From positions 11,569,144 to 11,633,143 of the forward strand of contig NC_057750.1 in NCBI RefSeq assembly GCF_004010195.1: a stretch of 64,000 bases of DNA, given 5' to 3'. This stretch comes from Chiloscyllium plagiosum. Its lineage: Eukaryota. The notes under the pieces are model-generated. The model saw nothing but the letters and a program-made list of their open reading frames with translations. It was not told the DNA's origin and made no database searches. The translations under genes were made by a program, and so were the position numbers. Numbering within the stretch: position 1 is the first letter of the stretch; every line of letters begins with the position of its first letter. Shown piece after piece: positions 39,291-51,047 of this stretch.

Positions 39291-39347
39291 TAACTGCTAA
39301 GCCCATTTTCTTCAAAATATAAATAGATCCTATCCCTCAGTATCTTC
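39057..39347. repeat. 132-bp inverted repeat with 27-nt spacer
   Basis: Arms 39057-39188 and 39216-39347, one mismatch by manual comparison. Confidence 0.95.
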
Positions 39348-39960
39348 TCCAGCAGCTTCCCTATCACTGACATCAGGCTCACTGGTCTATAATTACGTGG
39401 AGTATCCTTGCTACCCTTAAACAAGGGGACAACATTAGCAATTCTTCAGTCCTCGGGACCTCACCCGCGTTCAAGGATGCTGCAAAGATATCTGTTAAGG
39501 CCCCAATTATTTCCTGTCTCGCTTCCCTCAGTAATCTGGGATAGATTCCATCTGGACCTGGGGACTTGTTCACCTTAATGCCTTTCAGAATACACGACAC
39601 TTCCTCCTTCCTTATGCTGACTTGACCTAGAATAATCAAACATCTATCCCTAATCTCAACATCCATTACGTCCCTCTCCTCAGTGAATAATGATGCAAAG
39701 TACTCATTAAGAATCTTGCCCATTTCCTCTGACTCCACACATAACTTTCCTCCTTTGTCCTTGAGTGGGCCAACCCTTCCTGTAGGTACCCTTTTGCTCC
39801 TTGTATACAAATGAAAGGCTTTGTGATTTTCCTTAACCCTGTTTGCTAAAGATATTTCATGACTCCTTTTAACCCTCTTAATTCCCCTATTCAGATTGGA
39901 CATACTTTCCCGATATTCTTGCAAAGCTTCGTCTGTTTTCAGTTGCCTAGACCTTACGTA

Positions 39961-40172
39961 GGAGAAAGTGAGGTCTGCAGATGCTGGAGATCAAAGTTGA
40001 AACTTTATTGCTGGAACAGCACAGCAGGTCAGGCAGCATCCAGGGAACAGGAGATTCGACGTTTCGGGCACAGGCCCTTCTTCATTCCTGAAGAAGGGCC
40101 TGTGCCCGAAACGTCGAATCTCCTGTTCCCTGGATGCTGCCTGACCTGCTGTGCTGTTCCAGCAATAAAGTT
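39961..40172. mobile_element. Penelope-like family A fold-back element, young
   Basis: Perfect 84-bp arms (40001-40084 / 40089-40172) and a 12-bp TSD AGACCTTACGTA (39949-39960 / 40173-40184). Confidence 0.92.
40084..40119 (+). ncRNA. Minimal type I hammerhead ribozyme motif (family A), intact
   Basis: AUUC-CUGAAGA-A-GGGC(CUGU)GCCC-GAAA-CGUC^GAAU. Stem I AUUC/GAAU, palindromic ACGU stem III. Confidence 0.8.
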
Positions 40173-41500
40173 AGACCTTACGTATGCTTCCTTTTCCCTC
40201 TTCGTCTCACAATTTCACCTGTCATCTGTGGTTCCCTAATCTTGCCATTTCTGTCCCTCATTTTCACAGGGGCATGTTTGTCTTGCATTCTAATCAGCCT
40301 CTCTTTAAAAGCTTCCCACATATCAAATGTGGAGTTTCCTTCAAACAGCTGCTTCCAATCCACATTCCCCAGCTCCTGCTGAATTTTGCTATTGTTGGCC
40401 TTCCCCCAATTTAGCACTCTTCCTTTAGGAACACTCTCATCTTTGTCCTAGGGTATTTGAAAACTTATGGAATTGTGATCTCTGTTCCCAAAGTAATCTT
40501 CTACTGAAACTTTAACCACCTGGCTGGCTCGTACCCCAACACCAGGACCAGTATGGCTCCTTCCCGAGTTGGATTATTTACATACTGGATGCTCCTTACA
40601 AATTCTGATCCATCTAGACCTCCAATACTACGTGAATCCCAGTCAATGTTGGGAAAATTAAAATCGCCTATCACTACCACCCTGTTGCTCCTACGTCTTT
40701 CCATGATCTGTTTCCATATTTGCACCTCTATCTCATGCATACTGTTGGAAGGCCTGGAGTACAGCCCCAACATTGTTACTGCACCCTTCCTATTTCCTAG
40801 CTCTCCCTATATTGCCTCACTGCTCGAGTCCTCTATAGTGCCCTCCTTCAGCATAGCTGTAATATCCTCTCTAACCAGTAATGCAACTCCTCCATCCCTT
40901 TTACCTCCCTCTCTATCCTGCCTGAAACATCTATATCCTGGGATATTTAGTTGCCAATCATGCCTTTTCCTCAACCAAATCTCAGTAATGGCAATAACAT
41001 CATACTCCCAGATACTAATCCAAGCCCTGAGTTCATGTGCCTTATCTACTGCACTTCTTGCATTAAAACAAATGCACCTCAGACCGCCTGTCCCTTTGCG
41101 TTCATCATCTGCTCCCTCTCTACTCTTTCCCTTAGTTATGCTGACTTCATTATCTAATTCCTTATAGGTTTTAAGTTACTACCTCCTTGCTGTCCACTAA
41201 CCAACTCATTTGGTTCCCATCCCCCTGCTACATTAGTTTAAACCCTCACCAGTAGTGTTAGCAAAAGCACCCCCAGGATATTGTTTCGAGTCCGGCCCAG
41301 GTGTAGAATGTTCAATTAGTAATAGTCCTACCTCTCCCAGAACCGGTCCCAAAAATCTACACCACTCCCTCCTGCACCATTTCTCAAGTCATGCATTCAT
41401 CCTGCCTATTCTTTCATCTCTACTCTGACTAGCACATGGTACTGGTAGCAATCCTGAGATTACTACCTCTGAGGTCTAACTTTTTAAACTTGGCTCATAA

Positions 41501-41991
41501 TGTCCCATTTCCCACCTCAGTCAGATCAAAATGCTGAGAGACACAGTATAGTTTTATCTCCTTCATCTTTATTCTGGGCACTGGAAGAAGAGAGAACGAT
41601 TGCCCATGTGCACAGAGACACGAGTTCTCAGTCTTCTCTGGAATAGCAGTTTCTTAATGAATTATCTTGTCATTTACAAGGAGGAGCATCCAGGTAAGGC
41701 AACATACATATTAATTGGGTGACTATTACTATCAGCGAGTAAAGATTACACAATGAATCTGGCTTCACATAATGAATACTTTTCACTTTGTTAAACTGAC
41801 CTTACATACTGAATGCTTCCAATATTGTTAAATGGTTCTACACAATGAACGGTTTTCCACCTTGTTAACCCATTACTCTTGCCTTCAGCACGCCATTGTT
41901 AACTGCAAGTTCTTATCTGAGTCATGCTCAGCTGAACTTCTTGTTTCACTCAAACTTAATTCTTTCCTTACCTGCTTATACCCTATACACA
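41501..41991 (-). mobile_element. Probable LTR (family LTR-B)
   Basis: - strand TG...CA with AATAAA ~70 nt from its 3' end and a purine-rich tract (AAAAGAGGGA) just upstream. No partner LTR or TSD found. Confidence 0.5.
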
Positions 41992-42065
41992 TTCCAAGTC
42001 CCTCTTTTATCATTTCATGATAACCACCTAGATGGCACTATCATCAGCTTTTGTAAGACTCTGTA

Positions 42066-42197
42066 ACCTTCATATCCCTTAAATGATTGAAAGACAAGAT
42101 AAAGCTCACGTGGTTTACTGTCCGTAGAAAGGCCACTGACAAAAAGCATTCCTACCTCCTCTTCACTGTTGTTCGTTTCTTCACTTTTCATGCTCAT
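42066..42197 (-). pseudogene. Intronless 5' fragment of an RBPMS2/RBPMS-like mRNA
   Basis: [44 protein letters not shown] matches the family motif EEEVRTLFVSGLPxDIKPRELYLLFRPFKGYEG. Similarity ends abruptly. Confidence 0.85.
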
Positions 42198-43575
42198 GAC
42201 TGGGGAGCTGATTGAATCCGTTGGATCGGGTTGTGGAGGGGTAGGGGGTGGTCCAAAGGCGTGCTTTACCTGTGAATGGAGAAACTCCAGAGAAGATGTT
42301 AGCTGCTGAAAGTATCTTTGCATTCCTCCCTCATTCCTTCCTTGCCAAGGTGGTCATCAGTATGAAGACAATCACACATTTAACAACACTAAATTGTGTC
42401 TGCCTATTTCAACATGCTTTGAATTCTTGAAGTCTGTAACTCTGTTCACTACCCATTATGCTATCAAGTTTTATACAATCCACAAATCTCTAAACTGTAC
42501 TGCCTAAACAACTCAGTCAATTATAAACAACAATCAATGGTCCTAAAATCAAACCCTCAGGGGACCTCATTCAGATTTTCCAAAAATCATTTTCCTCCAA
42601 CAAATTAATACTTGGCTAATGCAAAAGCTGTCAGGAAAAGTATTTCAGGAGTCTGGAACAGCTAGAAAACAACAAAAGGTTTCCTGTGCTTTAGCAATTG
42701 AAGGGGCAGTTTCAGTTCAGATTTAAATCTCAAATATTTGTGGGAAACAAATACAGAATATTTTAAAATATGTTTTCCAAATGAAACTTCCCAAATAACA
42801 GTTGAAATTACGGTGGTAATTTTGGTAGAGATCAACATTCTTTGGCTCCCTTCATATTGCAAATTCAATGAAGTCTTAACAATAATTAACAGAATTTAAA
42901 CAGCTCATTCAAGTTCTGATATTCTCTAGAAAATCTTAACAAAACACCGAACTAAAAATGCACTCATCTTTTTGTAAACACTCTGCACAGTAGCAGCACA
43001 GAAATTATAATACAGTACTCTGATCTGGCTAAAGCATGACCACTGATCCAACTTTTTTTTTAAACGGGCATTGTAGAATTTCAAACAAATCAGGGGCTCA
43101 AGGTACTCAATCAATTTGTTTTAAGGTTACAAGTTTGATCATTTTAAAAAGAACCATAATGTTGTACAATTTCAGTTGTAAAAGCAAAATCTGCTCCATT
43201 ACATAGCCCACAAAACAAATTGAATTGCGACCCTAATTCAAACAAGGCAAAACAGTTACTTAAAAGGATTTTCTGAACCACTATTTTAACAAACCAAAAT
43301 TTCTAAACGTTGGACACTCTCAGCATGGTACAATTTACATTGAAACTTTCCTTTTTCAACTCAAGTATTAGTACAACCTTAATTTCAGCGTTTCTCATTT
43401 TGCTTTATTGCATCCTCTTGCTGAAGTTAAACTTGTAAAAAGAGAAAGCCCTAGCAGTGGACCACATGGCATTGTGATCCAAGCCGCTTTCTTCCCCCAG
43501 AACAAAGATTCGCAGAGCCTCAAATTTTGCCACTAGGGGACTTTAACCCCTTTCTCACTTTACTCCTCAGGGGGG

Positions 43576-43690
43576 CTCGACCCCCAGTTAAACACAGAGG
43601 ACTCTAATCTCAATTAAATGCAAAGAACTCGAATCCCGCTTAAACACACAAAACTCGAGCCCCAATCAAACACAGAGAGCTCGAACCTCA
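43576..43690. repeat. Degenerate 26-bp minisatellite, ~4.5 units
   Basis: CTCGA..CC..TTAAACACA.A.. units start at 43576, 43602, 43628, 43654 and 43680. Confidence 0.8.
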
Positions 43691-43917
43691 CTCTCACCCC
43701 TGCCCCCGGGACTCAAGCCCCAATTACATCCTCTGGCCTCAAACCCTCGAACCTCGGTTTGTCAGCGCACTGCCATATCTGTATTTATCGACTGAACTAT
43801 TTACCATTTGAGGAATCCATAGAATAGAAAGCGATTGAGCACGGAGACCATTTCCGACACAGGAATATTGAGAGGGAGTAAAGTTTAAAATCTTACCTTG
43901 TGGGCTCATCCATTTTT

Positions 43918-44364
43918 TGCCTATATGAACCATGACAGCTGACTGCTCACCCTGCCCCTTCAGAATTTTCTGCAGCCAACCTGAGACATCCCTGACCCGT
44001 GCACTTGGGAGGCAACATACCATTCAGGACTATAGTTTTTGACCACAAACTCCTATCTACTCCCCTTACACTTGAATTCCCTATGACTGTAGCCCCTCCA
44101 TTCTTTTTCCTGCCCTCCTGTACAGCAGAGGCCAGCTATGGTGCCATGAACCTGGCTACTGCTGCCTTCCCCTGGTGAGCCATCTCCCCAACAGTATCCA
44201 AAACAGTACACCTGTTTTGGTGGAACATGACCGCAGGGGACACCTGCACTGCCTTCCGACTCTTTGTCTGCCTTTTGGTCACCCATTCCCTTACTCCCTC
44301 AGCATTCCTAATCTCCAGTGTGATCAATTCACCAAACATGCTATCCACAACCTCCTCAGCATTG
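43918..44364 (-). mobile_element. CR1 ORF1 (esterase-like) fragment
   Basis: MVCCLPSARVRDVS..LQKILKGQGEQSAVMVHIG. Confidence 0.85.
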
Positions 44365-44999
44365 CAGAATTTATTTACAAAATTACCGAATGAAACACAA
44401 AAAGAGAACAGAATACAGAATAACATAACCTATCCAAAAACTCAATAGATCATCCCAACTTAATGATGCTGTTCCAAATACTTGCAAGAATCTCCATAAA
44501 CACTCCCTTGGCACAATAGGTAAAGTCAAACACAGGGTCTTACAGGAGAGAAGTCAGGGAGAATACCAGCATGGACCTGCTTCTTTGGGTGCAGCAGCTT
44601 CCAAACTGCCTGACTGCTTTCAGTGTATAGCCAGATCAAACCAGAGAAAAGATGAGCTGGGAGAACTGTCTGCTTCCCTTTCATTGTACATGTCATTTTT
44701 AACTTAAAAGCCTTTTGCCTGAGGGAGTATCTGTTAGCTATAATCAAATTGGCCCTAAAACACTTCAACTTTTTGAATTCTGTGTCTTTTGCGACCTCTG
44801 AAAAAACATCAAGGACAACATAACCTTGTTAAAGGAGTAGCATTGTCGCATTATTTAGTGTAAGGAAGCTTTTCCTAAATTCAATCTTAGATTTATTCGT
44901 AGCTATTATTCATTAACTTTTGTTTGGGGTTATGGAAAACTGGAAACATCTTCTGTATGATTTCCCCCCCACCCCCAAGCCCTTTAAAACCATGAGTTA

Positions 45000-47935
45000 T
45001 GGCACTCGGTGTTCTGCACTGACTGGAAAGAAAATCAACTACCCATTTTAATCCCAGGTTTCAGTACTTGGTCCTGAGACATTTAGTTTGCTGCACTTCA
45101 TCTACAAATCTAGGTGCCTTTTAAGCAAGTTGAGTGTTTTAACTCCACCACTAAATTGGGCAACAAGTTCCAAATATCTATCGCCCTCTGAATGCAAAGG
45201 TCTCTGTTCGTGGCCCCACTAATCCTCCTTATAATCATCTTAAATATGTGTCTCGTCGAATTCACTTCACTGTTAGGGGAAACACTGTCTACACTATTCG
45301 GTCCCTTATTTTTGTACACCTCTTAAGTCACACCTCAGCCTCCTCTGTTCTAAGGAAAACAGCACTAGACAATCCAATCTTTCATCATAAGCCCTGGTAA
45401 CATTCTTTTAAATGTCCTCTCTAGAGAAATTATGTGAATAGGAAGGAATCAGTGAACTGGCTGGTGGGCAAAAAAAAAACAAATGAAAAATTCAAACTGG
45501 GGATGTGTGGGGTAATGCATTTGCTAAGGGCAAACAAGATGAGAACTTAATGAAATCAATGGTGGCATAGTGAGAAATGTAGAAGAGCAGGAAGACCTAA
45601 TAGTGTATGACCACTGGTTAATGAGGCATACAGCTGCTCTTCTTCGTTGTGTCCAGATATAGGAAGGATATTATTAAGCTGGAGAAGGTTCGGAAGAGAC
45701 ACCAGAATGTTGCTGTGTATGGAAGATTTGACTCACAAAGGCTGGGCCTTTTTTCACTGGAGTATAGAAGGTTGAGAGGCTACCTTATAGACTTTTATAA
45801 AATAATGAGGTATGGATAGGGTTAGTAGTACTTATCTTCCCCCTAATATAGGGGATTTCAAAAGTAGGGGACATATCTTTTAAGGTGAGAGGAGAGAGAT
45901 TCAAAAAAGACGAGGGGGAGAATGTTTACACGGTGGCTCGTGTGTGGAATGAACTTCCTGAGGAAGTGGTGGATGTGGCTACACTTACAATGTTTAAAAG
46001 ACATTTTGGATAAGTACATGAATAGAAAAGGTTTGGAGAGCTCTGATCCAGGAGCAGGCAGTTTAGTTTGGGATTATGTTTAGCATGGATTGGTTGTACC
46101 GAAGGATTGGTTTCCATGCTGTATGAATAGACTTGGACAGTTAAAACAGTCAAGCCACAGCCAGAGTATTGTTTCAGATAGGATTGCACAAGAAATACAG
46201 AGGAAATTTACAAAGATGTTGCCAGGATTGGCGAACTTTGACTAAGAGAAATGAGTGGATAGGCTTGCTTTGTTTTCTTTGGAATATTGCAGGCTGAGGG
46301 GAGATTTAATCAACTTGTTTCAAACAGAAGGTGGTGGATCTCGGTATCACTGTCTGAAAGGATATGCACTGAGATACTCTGAGATACCTGCTCTTGGTCT
46401 GTAGATGTGGAAATATGATTAAACTGGATTGCCCTATTTGGCTAATACATAGCATCCTCAGCCAAATTATTGTCTTCAGTGGTATCAGTTTTTTGCAAAT
46501 TAGGAATTGGAATAGAATACTTGGCCCTACAAGCATGCACTATCATTCAACAAGCTCTTGACTGATCTGATTGCTCCACAGTCCGATCTCTGCTGATAAC
46601 CTTTCACTCTGCTGCTTATCTATCTCCAACTGCTTGAAAAAATTCAAAAACTGAGGAAGTGTTCCAATGACATTTGCCCGTCTGTGAAAGCTCCTTCTCT
46701 CAATCTTAAATGGGCACTCCTTTATTTTGAAACAGTGAGCCCCTATTTCTAGATTCTCCCATAAGCGGAAACACCTTTCCATATGCAAGACCCCTCAGGA
46801 TCTTCTGTTTCATTTAAGTCAGAGTATCAAAGCACAGAAAGAGGCCCTTCTGTTCATTATTTTCATGCTGGTCATTAAACACCTGTCTATTCTTATCCCA
46901 TTTCCCACCACCTGGTCCATAGCCTTGAATGTTAGGTTTTCAAGTTTAAGTATAAATACTTCTCAAATGTGGTGGTTCTGACATTTTCAGGTAATGAATT
47001 CCAGGTACACTATTGTCTGGGTGGAAAGAATGTATCCTTGCATCCCCTCTAAACTTCTGCCTCTTAGCTTAATACTATGCCTCTGGTAATTAACCTCTCT
47101 ACTAAGGAGAAATGTTTATTCCTGTTGTACTTATTGGATTGTATAATTTTGTCAGCCTCAGCCAGGTTTCCCTATCAGCCTTCTCCTCTTCAAGGAAAAC
47201 AACCTTTAGCCTATTTAGTTTCTCTTCAAATGTACCATCCTGGGTAACATCCAGCTGAATCTCCTCTGCATCCTCTCCAGTGTAATTCCACCTTCCTTAT
47301 GTCTATTCAGAGATGTTATTGCACACTTCTGGAGCAAGTGAAACTTGAACCTGGCTCTCTTAAATTCAGGCTTAGTGAAACTACCACTGCACCATACGAT
47401 CCCCTCTCATCGTTCCAAGAGTGTAGTGACCCCACAATTGCACACAGCAGTGCCTAACCATCGTTCTGTCCAGTTCCATCATGATTCCCCCCCACCCACC
47501 TCCACCAAGGTTCTTGTATTCTACACCGAATAAAAGCACGTATCCAGTATGTTGCCTTAACTACCCTATGTGCGCATCCTGTTGCCTTCAATGATCAATG
47601 TATGTGGGCACACTGATTCTCTACTGTCCAAGATCCAGCCATTCATTGCATGCTCCCTTTCCTTGTTGATCGTCCCAAAGCAAAATGCATCACTGCACAT
47701 TTTTCAGGATTAAATTCCAGCTCCCATTCTTCTGCCCTGTCCATTTAATCTCCTCCTCTTTCTCGGAACTCCACCAGATGCAAATCTAGCCTTTCCTCGA
47801 TTTTTAAAAAAAACACCCATTCAAGCTCTTAACCTAGTAAACTTTTTCTGAATTGCTTCCAATGCACTCGTATCCATTCTTTAAATAAGGAGATCAGTAC
47901 TATGCACAGTACTCTAACTGTTGTCTTAACAATAT
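45000..47935. mobile_element. Cluster of degenerate CR1 3' fragments in both orientations
   Basis: Repeated CR1 3'-end motifs, e.g. + strand 45645-46125 and - strand 46500-47900. Confidence 0.7.
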
Positions 47936-47944
47936 CAGGTTGTC

Positions 47945-48030
47945 AACCACCTGATGAAGCAGAGGTCCGAAAGCTAGTGCTTCTAAATAAACCTATTGGA
48001 CTATGACCTGGTGTTGTGTGATTTTGAACT
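47945..48030 (+). mobile_element. Family B single arm with damaged hammerhead stem II
   Basis: CAC-CTGATGA-AGCAGAGGTCC-GAAA-GCTA-GTG followed by the family B body. Confidence 0.8.
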
Positions 48031-48974
48031 CCCTATTTTTTATATTCAATTCCCTTTGCAATATGCATTAAAATTTTGTTTAAATACCTAATTACTGTTT
48101 CCAAAGATAGGCTGCAACTCTTTCCTATGAGTCCATGCTGTTATAGTTGAAATTAATTGTGGCAAGAGGAGTTGGTTGTGTTGAAGCGTGTGATTTGTTA
48201 ATCACTTCAAGAGTTTAGATTTGAAGTTGCATATGGATTTAGTTGATTTTTGTGAACTGGTTTAATCATTAGGTCATTTTTTTGTTTTGGGAATCATGAT
48301 TTTAAACCAGAACATGTCAGAAAGGTGGACCAAGTTCGAGGGGCTGAATGGTCTACACTTGTTCCTATTTCTTGTGGTCTTAATGAAGTAACGTCAACTG
48401 GTTTAATAACATGGTGTTTTTCCCCACCCTATGTTAAATAGGAGAGTATTAGTCATACTTGCCACTTCAACCAAGAAATGCTTGTAGGGATTTAGTTGGG
48501 CTTGTCTGTGATTAGCCTGTGGGCACACACTGGTTTGCAGGAGCAAGGGTGATTTTGCTGTCTTTGGCTGAACTAGGCAACTTCGGTATATTTCCACTTC
48601 AGTTGAAGTCCTATTTCATACTGTGGTTTTTGTAATGAAATGCACATGTTTTGGCAAAAATTATTCAGATTAAAATAGTGGGAAAGGACAGGGGGTGTCG
48701 ATTTCCAAGGTTCATAATATCAGAAATTTGAACCATATCTACATTTTTTTAAAAGGTTGATCCCGCTGTTGTGTATTTCCAGCATTGTTTCTTAAAACTT
48801 CATTTATTAATGAAGTTCCTCTACACGCTGCTAGCTGAATTGCTAGTCTCTACTTTATGTACAGAATTCAAGATGGGGGTGTAAATCTAAAATGAATATG
48901 AAGCTACTGATAATCTGAGATACTGTCACGCCCTAGTTTTTCAAAATCTAACTTTCTTTCACCTCCTATTTCAG

Positions 48975-49154
48975 GGTTCTATGTGGATCGAGGGTACGCG
49001 TTGAGCTGTCAAATGGGATGTCACGTAAATCGCGCTATGGCCGCCCTCCTGCTCGTCGCCAGTTTGACCCTAATGACCGTTGCTATCAGTGTGGAGAGCG
49101 TGGCCACTATGCCTATGACTGCTACCGGTACAGCAAGAGAAGGCGTGGCAGCAG
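48975..49154 (+). CDS. SRSF7: SRSF7-like exon 3 (RRM end and CCHC zinc knuckle)
   Basis: tttcag|G...AG|gtaagc, 180 nt. Encodes [61 protein letters not shown]2CX4HX4C at 49081-49122. Confidence 0.97.
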
Positions 49155-50250
49155 GTAAGCTGCAGCGGGCATGCTGCCTGTAAATGTAGGGGAATAGGTG
49201 TCTTCTGTTGAGTGGGATAAGCATGAATCTTAGAGACTGTTATATTTGTAACTGGCCCTTGAAAAATCTGAACAAAATGACATTAAAAATTGTATAAAAG
49301 GCTAGGGACATTAGTAAGAGAGGTTAGATAAATCTTACTAGCTCAGTGTTGCTCTAGCACAAGTGATTCAATGGAAGATGACATAACAAGCTTTTTTTGC
49401 GACTATTGCTCTATTTGGTTTAATTTCCACAACATGCAGTATGTAGCCAAATATCACGTTTTCCTGTTCTCAAATCAAATGCACTGAAACTCTTGGTCTA
49501 ACAGCCTCACTGACTGGTAAAATTCAGCTTGATTATGTTATAGCACAGCAGTATTAAGGCAGTGAGTGCCATTACCTACAGCTTTAGAAGATAATGCCAT
49601 TAATCCCAGTGCCCTACTCCCTCCTTCCCCTCTCCCACCAAAAAATAATAATACAACATTTTGGTGCTCTGTTGAATGTTTCTTGGCTGTAGGTAATTGA
49701 AGTTATTGATGGAGATATTCAAAATGCTTTAACTTAACATTGTTAGAGGATGTGCCTATTTTGTCTAATTTCCATATATATTGTTTTGATATGCAATTGT
49801 ACATTAAATGTCTGACTTGTCTTCTGTTTAAATGTTAGAATGTATACATGTTTAAATGTTTCAATTATTTAAAATTAGCCCTGTATATGTTGCAAGTCAC
49901 GTTTGCTATCAAGTATACATGTAGTATACAGTTGAATCCTGTTAATTGGGACTCCCAGATGGAAATTTATGGTTTAATATAAAAATACCACGACCTGAAT
50001 CCCTTGGGAACCATTTGATTCTGGTGAAGGTCGTCTGGTCTGTCCAAATTAGCAGATGTCAGCTGTTCATGAAATTAATCAAAAGTTATGAATTGTTGAG
50101 GTGAAAGTTGAGTCCAGTATGAGAGTAAAGACAGGCTGAGGTAGTTCATTGATATTGAGCTTTGAAGAATATATCGATTGTATTGGTGGCAGGGATGAAA
50201 CAATGTATTTTTTTTTAATGACTCTGGTGCCCACATTGATGAAAGCCTTT

Positions 50251-50617
50251 AGAATCCATAGAATCCCCATTGTGTGGAACCAGGCTCGATTGGCCCAATG
50301 AGTCCACACCGACCCTCCAAAGAGTAACCCACCCAGACCTATGCCTGTACTACAATACGTTTACCCCTGACTAATGCACTTAACCTGCACGCCCTTACCA
50401 CTTAAATTGGCAACTTAGCGTGGCCAATTCACCCAACCTGCACATCTTTGGATTGTGGGAGGAAACCAGAGTACCCGGAGGAAACTCACACAAACATGGG
50501 GAGAATGTGTCAACTACACACAGACAGTCGCCCGAGGCAGGAATTGAACCTGGGTCCCTGGCACTGTGAGGCAGCAGTGCTAACCACTGAGCCATTGAGA
50601 TTTAACACTCAGCTTCC
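50251..50617 (-). mobile_element. V-SINE
   Basis: V domain and tRNA-like head on the - strand. Confidence 0.88.
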
Positions 50618-51047
50618 CTTGTTACAACTTACTAGATGGAGAAGCCATACTCTTTTATATTTTTTGCTTTTTAACAATAATATTGGCAGCTCATTCCTTG
50701 CCCAGCTGGTTCTTCTGAAAGTTTAGCTGGTGACTGTCCACTGATGATTACATCATGCAGTCATGGCAAACTTGGCTTTGCCTCCTGCATTTTAGCTCTT
50801 TTAGTATGTGCTGCATAATGTGGTGTACTTGCTTAATTGGCCATCATAAGTAGGGTGGGGAGGGGGCAATGGGGCAGGTGCAGTTTATCGAGCTAAAATG
50901 TTGACGTGATTGTTTTCAGTCACACAATTCACATTTTACCATTGTTCATCCCTAACCACCAAGTTGAATGTGTTTTTCAAGGGCTGTTAACAATGTTTCT
51001 GGTGTAATAATTCTTTGGCTAACGATTCACCTGATCCAACCTTTCAG

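Larger units (their letters stand above)
37601..41500 (-). mobile_element. CR1 LINE (3' end, RT N-terminus, endonuclease, ORF1 end), interrupted and internally deleted
   Basis: VVVIGDFNFPNIDW, PTREGAIL and KSPGPDGIYPRLLRE on the - strand. Confidence 0.9.
37478..44850 (-). mobile_element. LTR-A copy split by ~6.8 kb of nested insertions (LTR parts 37478-37600 and 44365-44850)
   Basis: The two parts are collinear with 8101-8760. TG...CA ends, flanks CTAT/TTAT. Confidence 0.85.

Noticed and set aside
40553..41167. 204-aa + strand ORF
   Set aside because: It is the antisense shadow of the CR1 endonuclease domain.
43576..43690. CRISPR-like array
   Set aside because: The units are contiguous and degenerate with no unique spacers, and the context is eukaryotic.
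50735..50830. Intronic C/D snoRNA suggested by TGATGA at ~50742
   Set aside because: No suitably placed D box or terminal stem was found.
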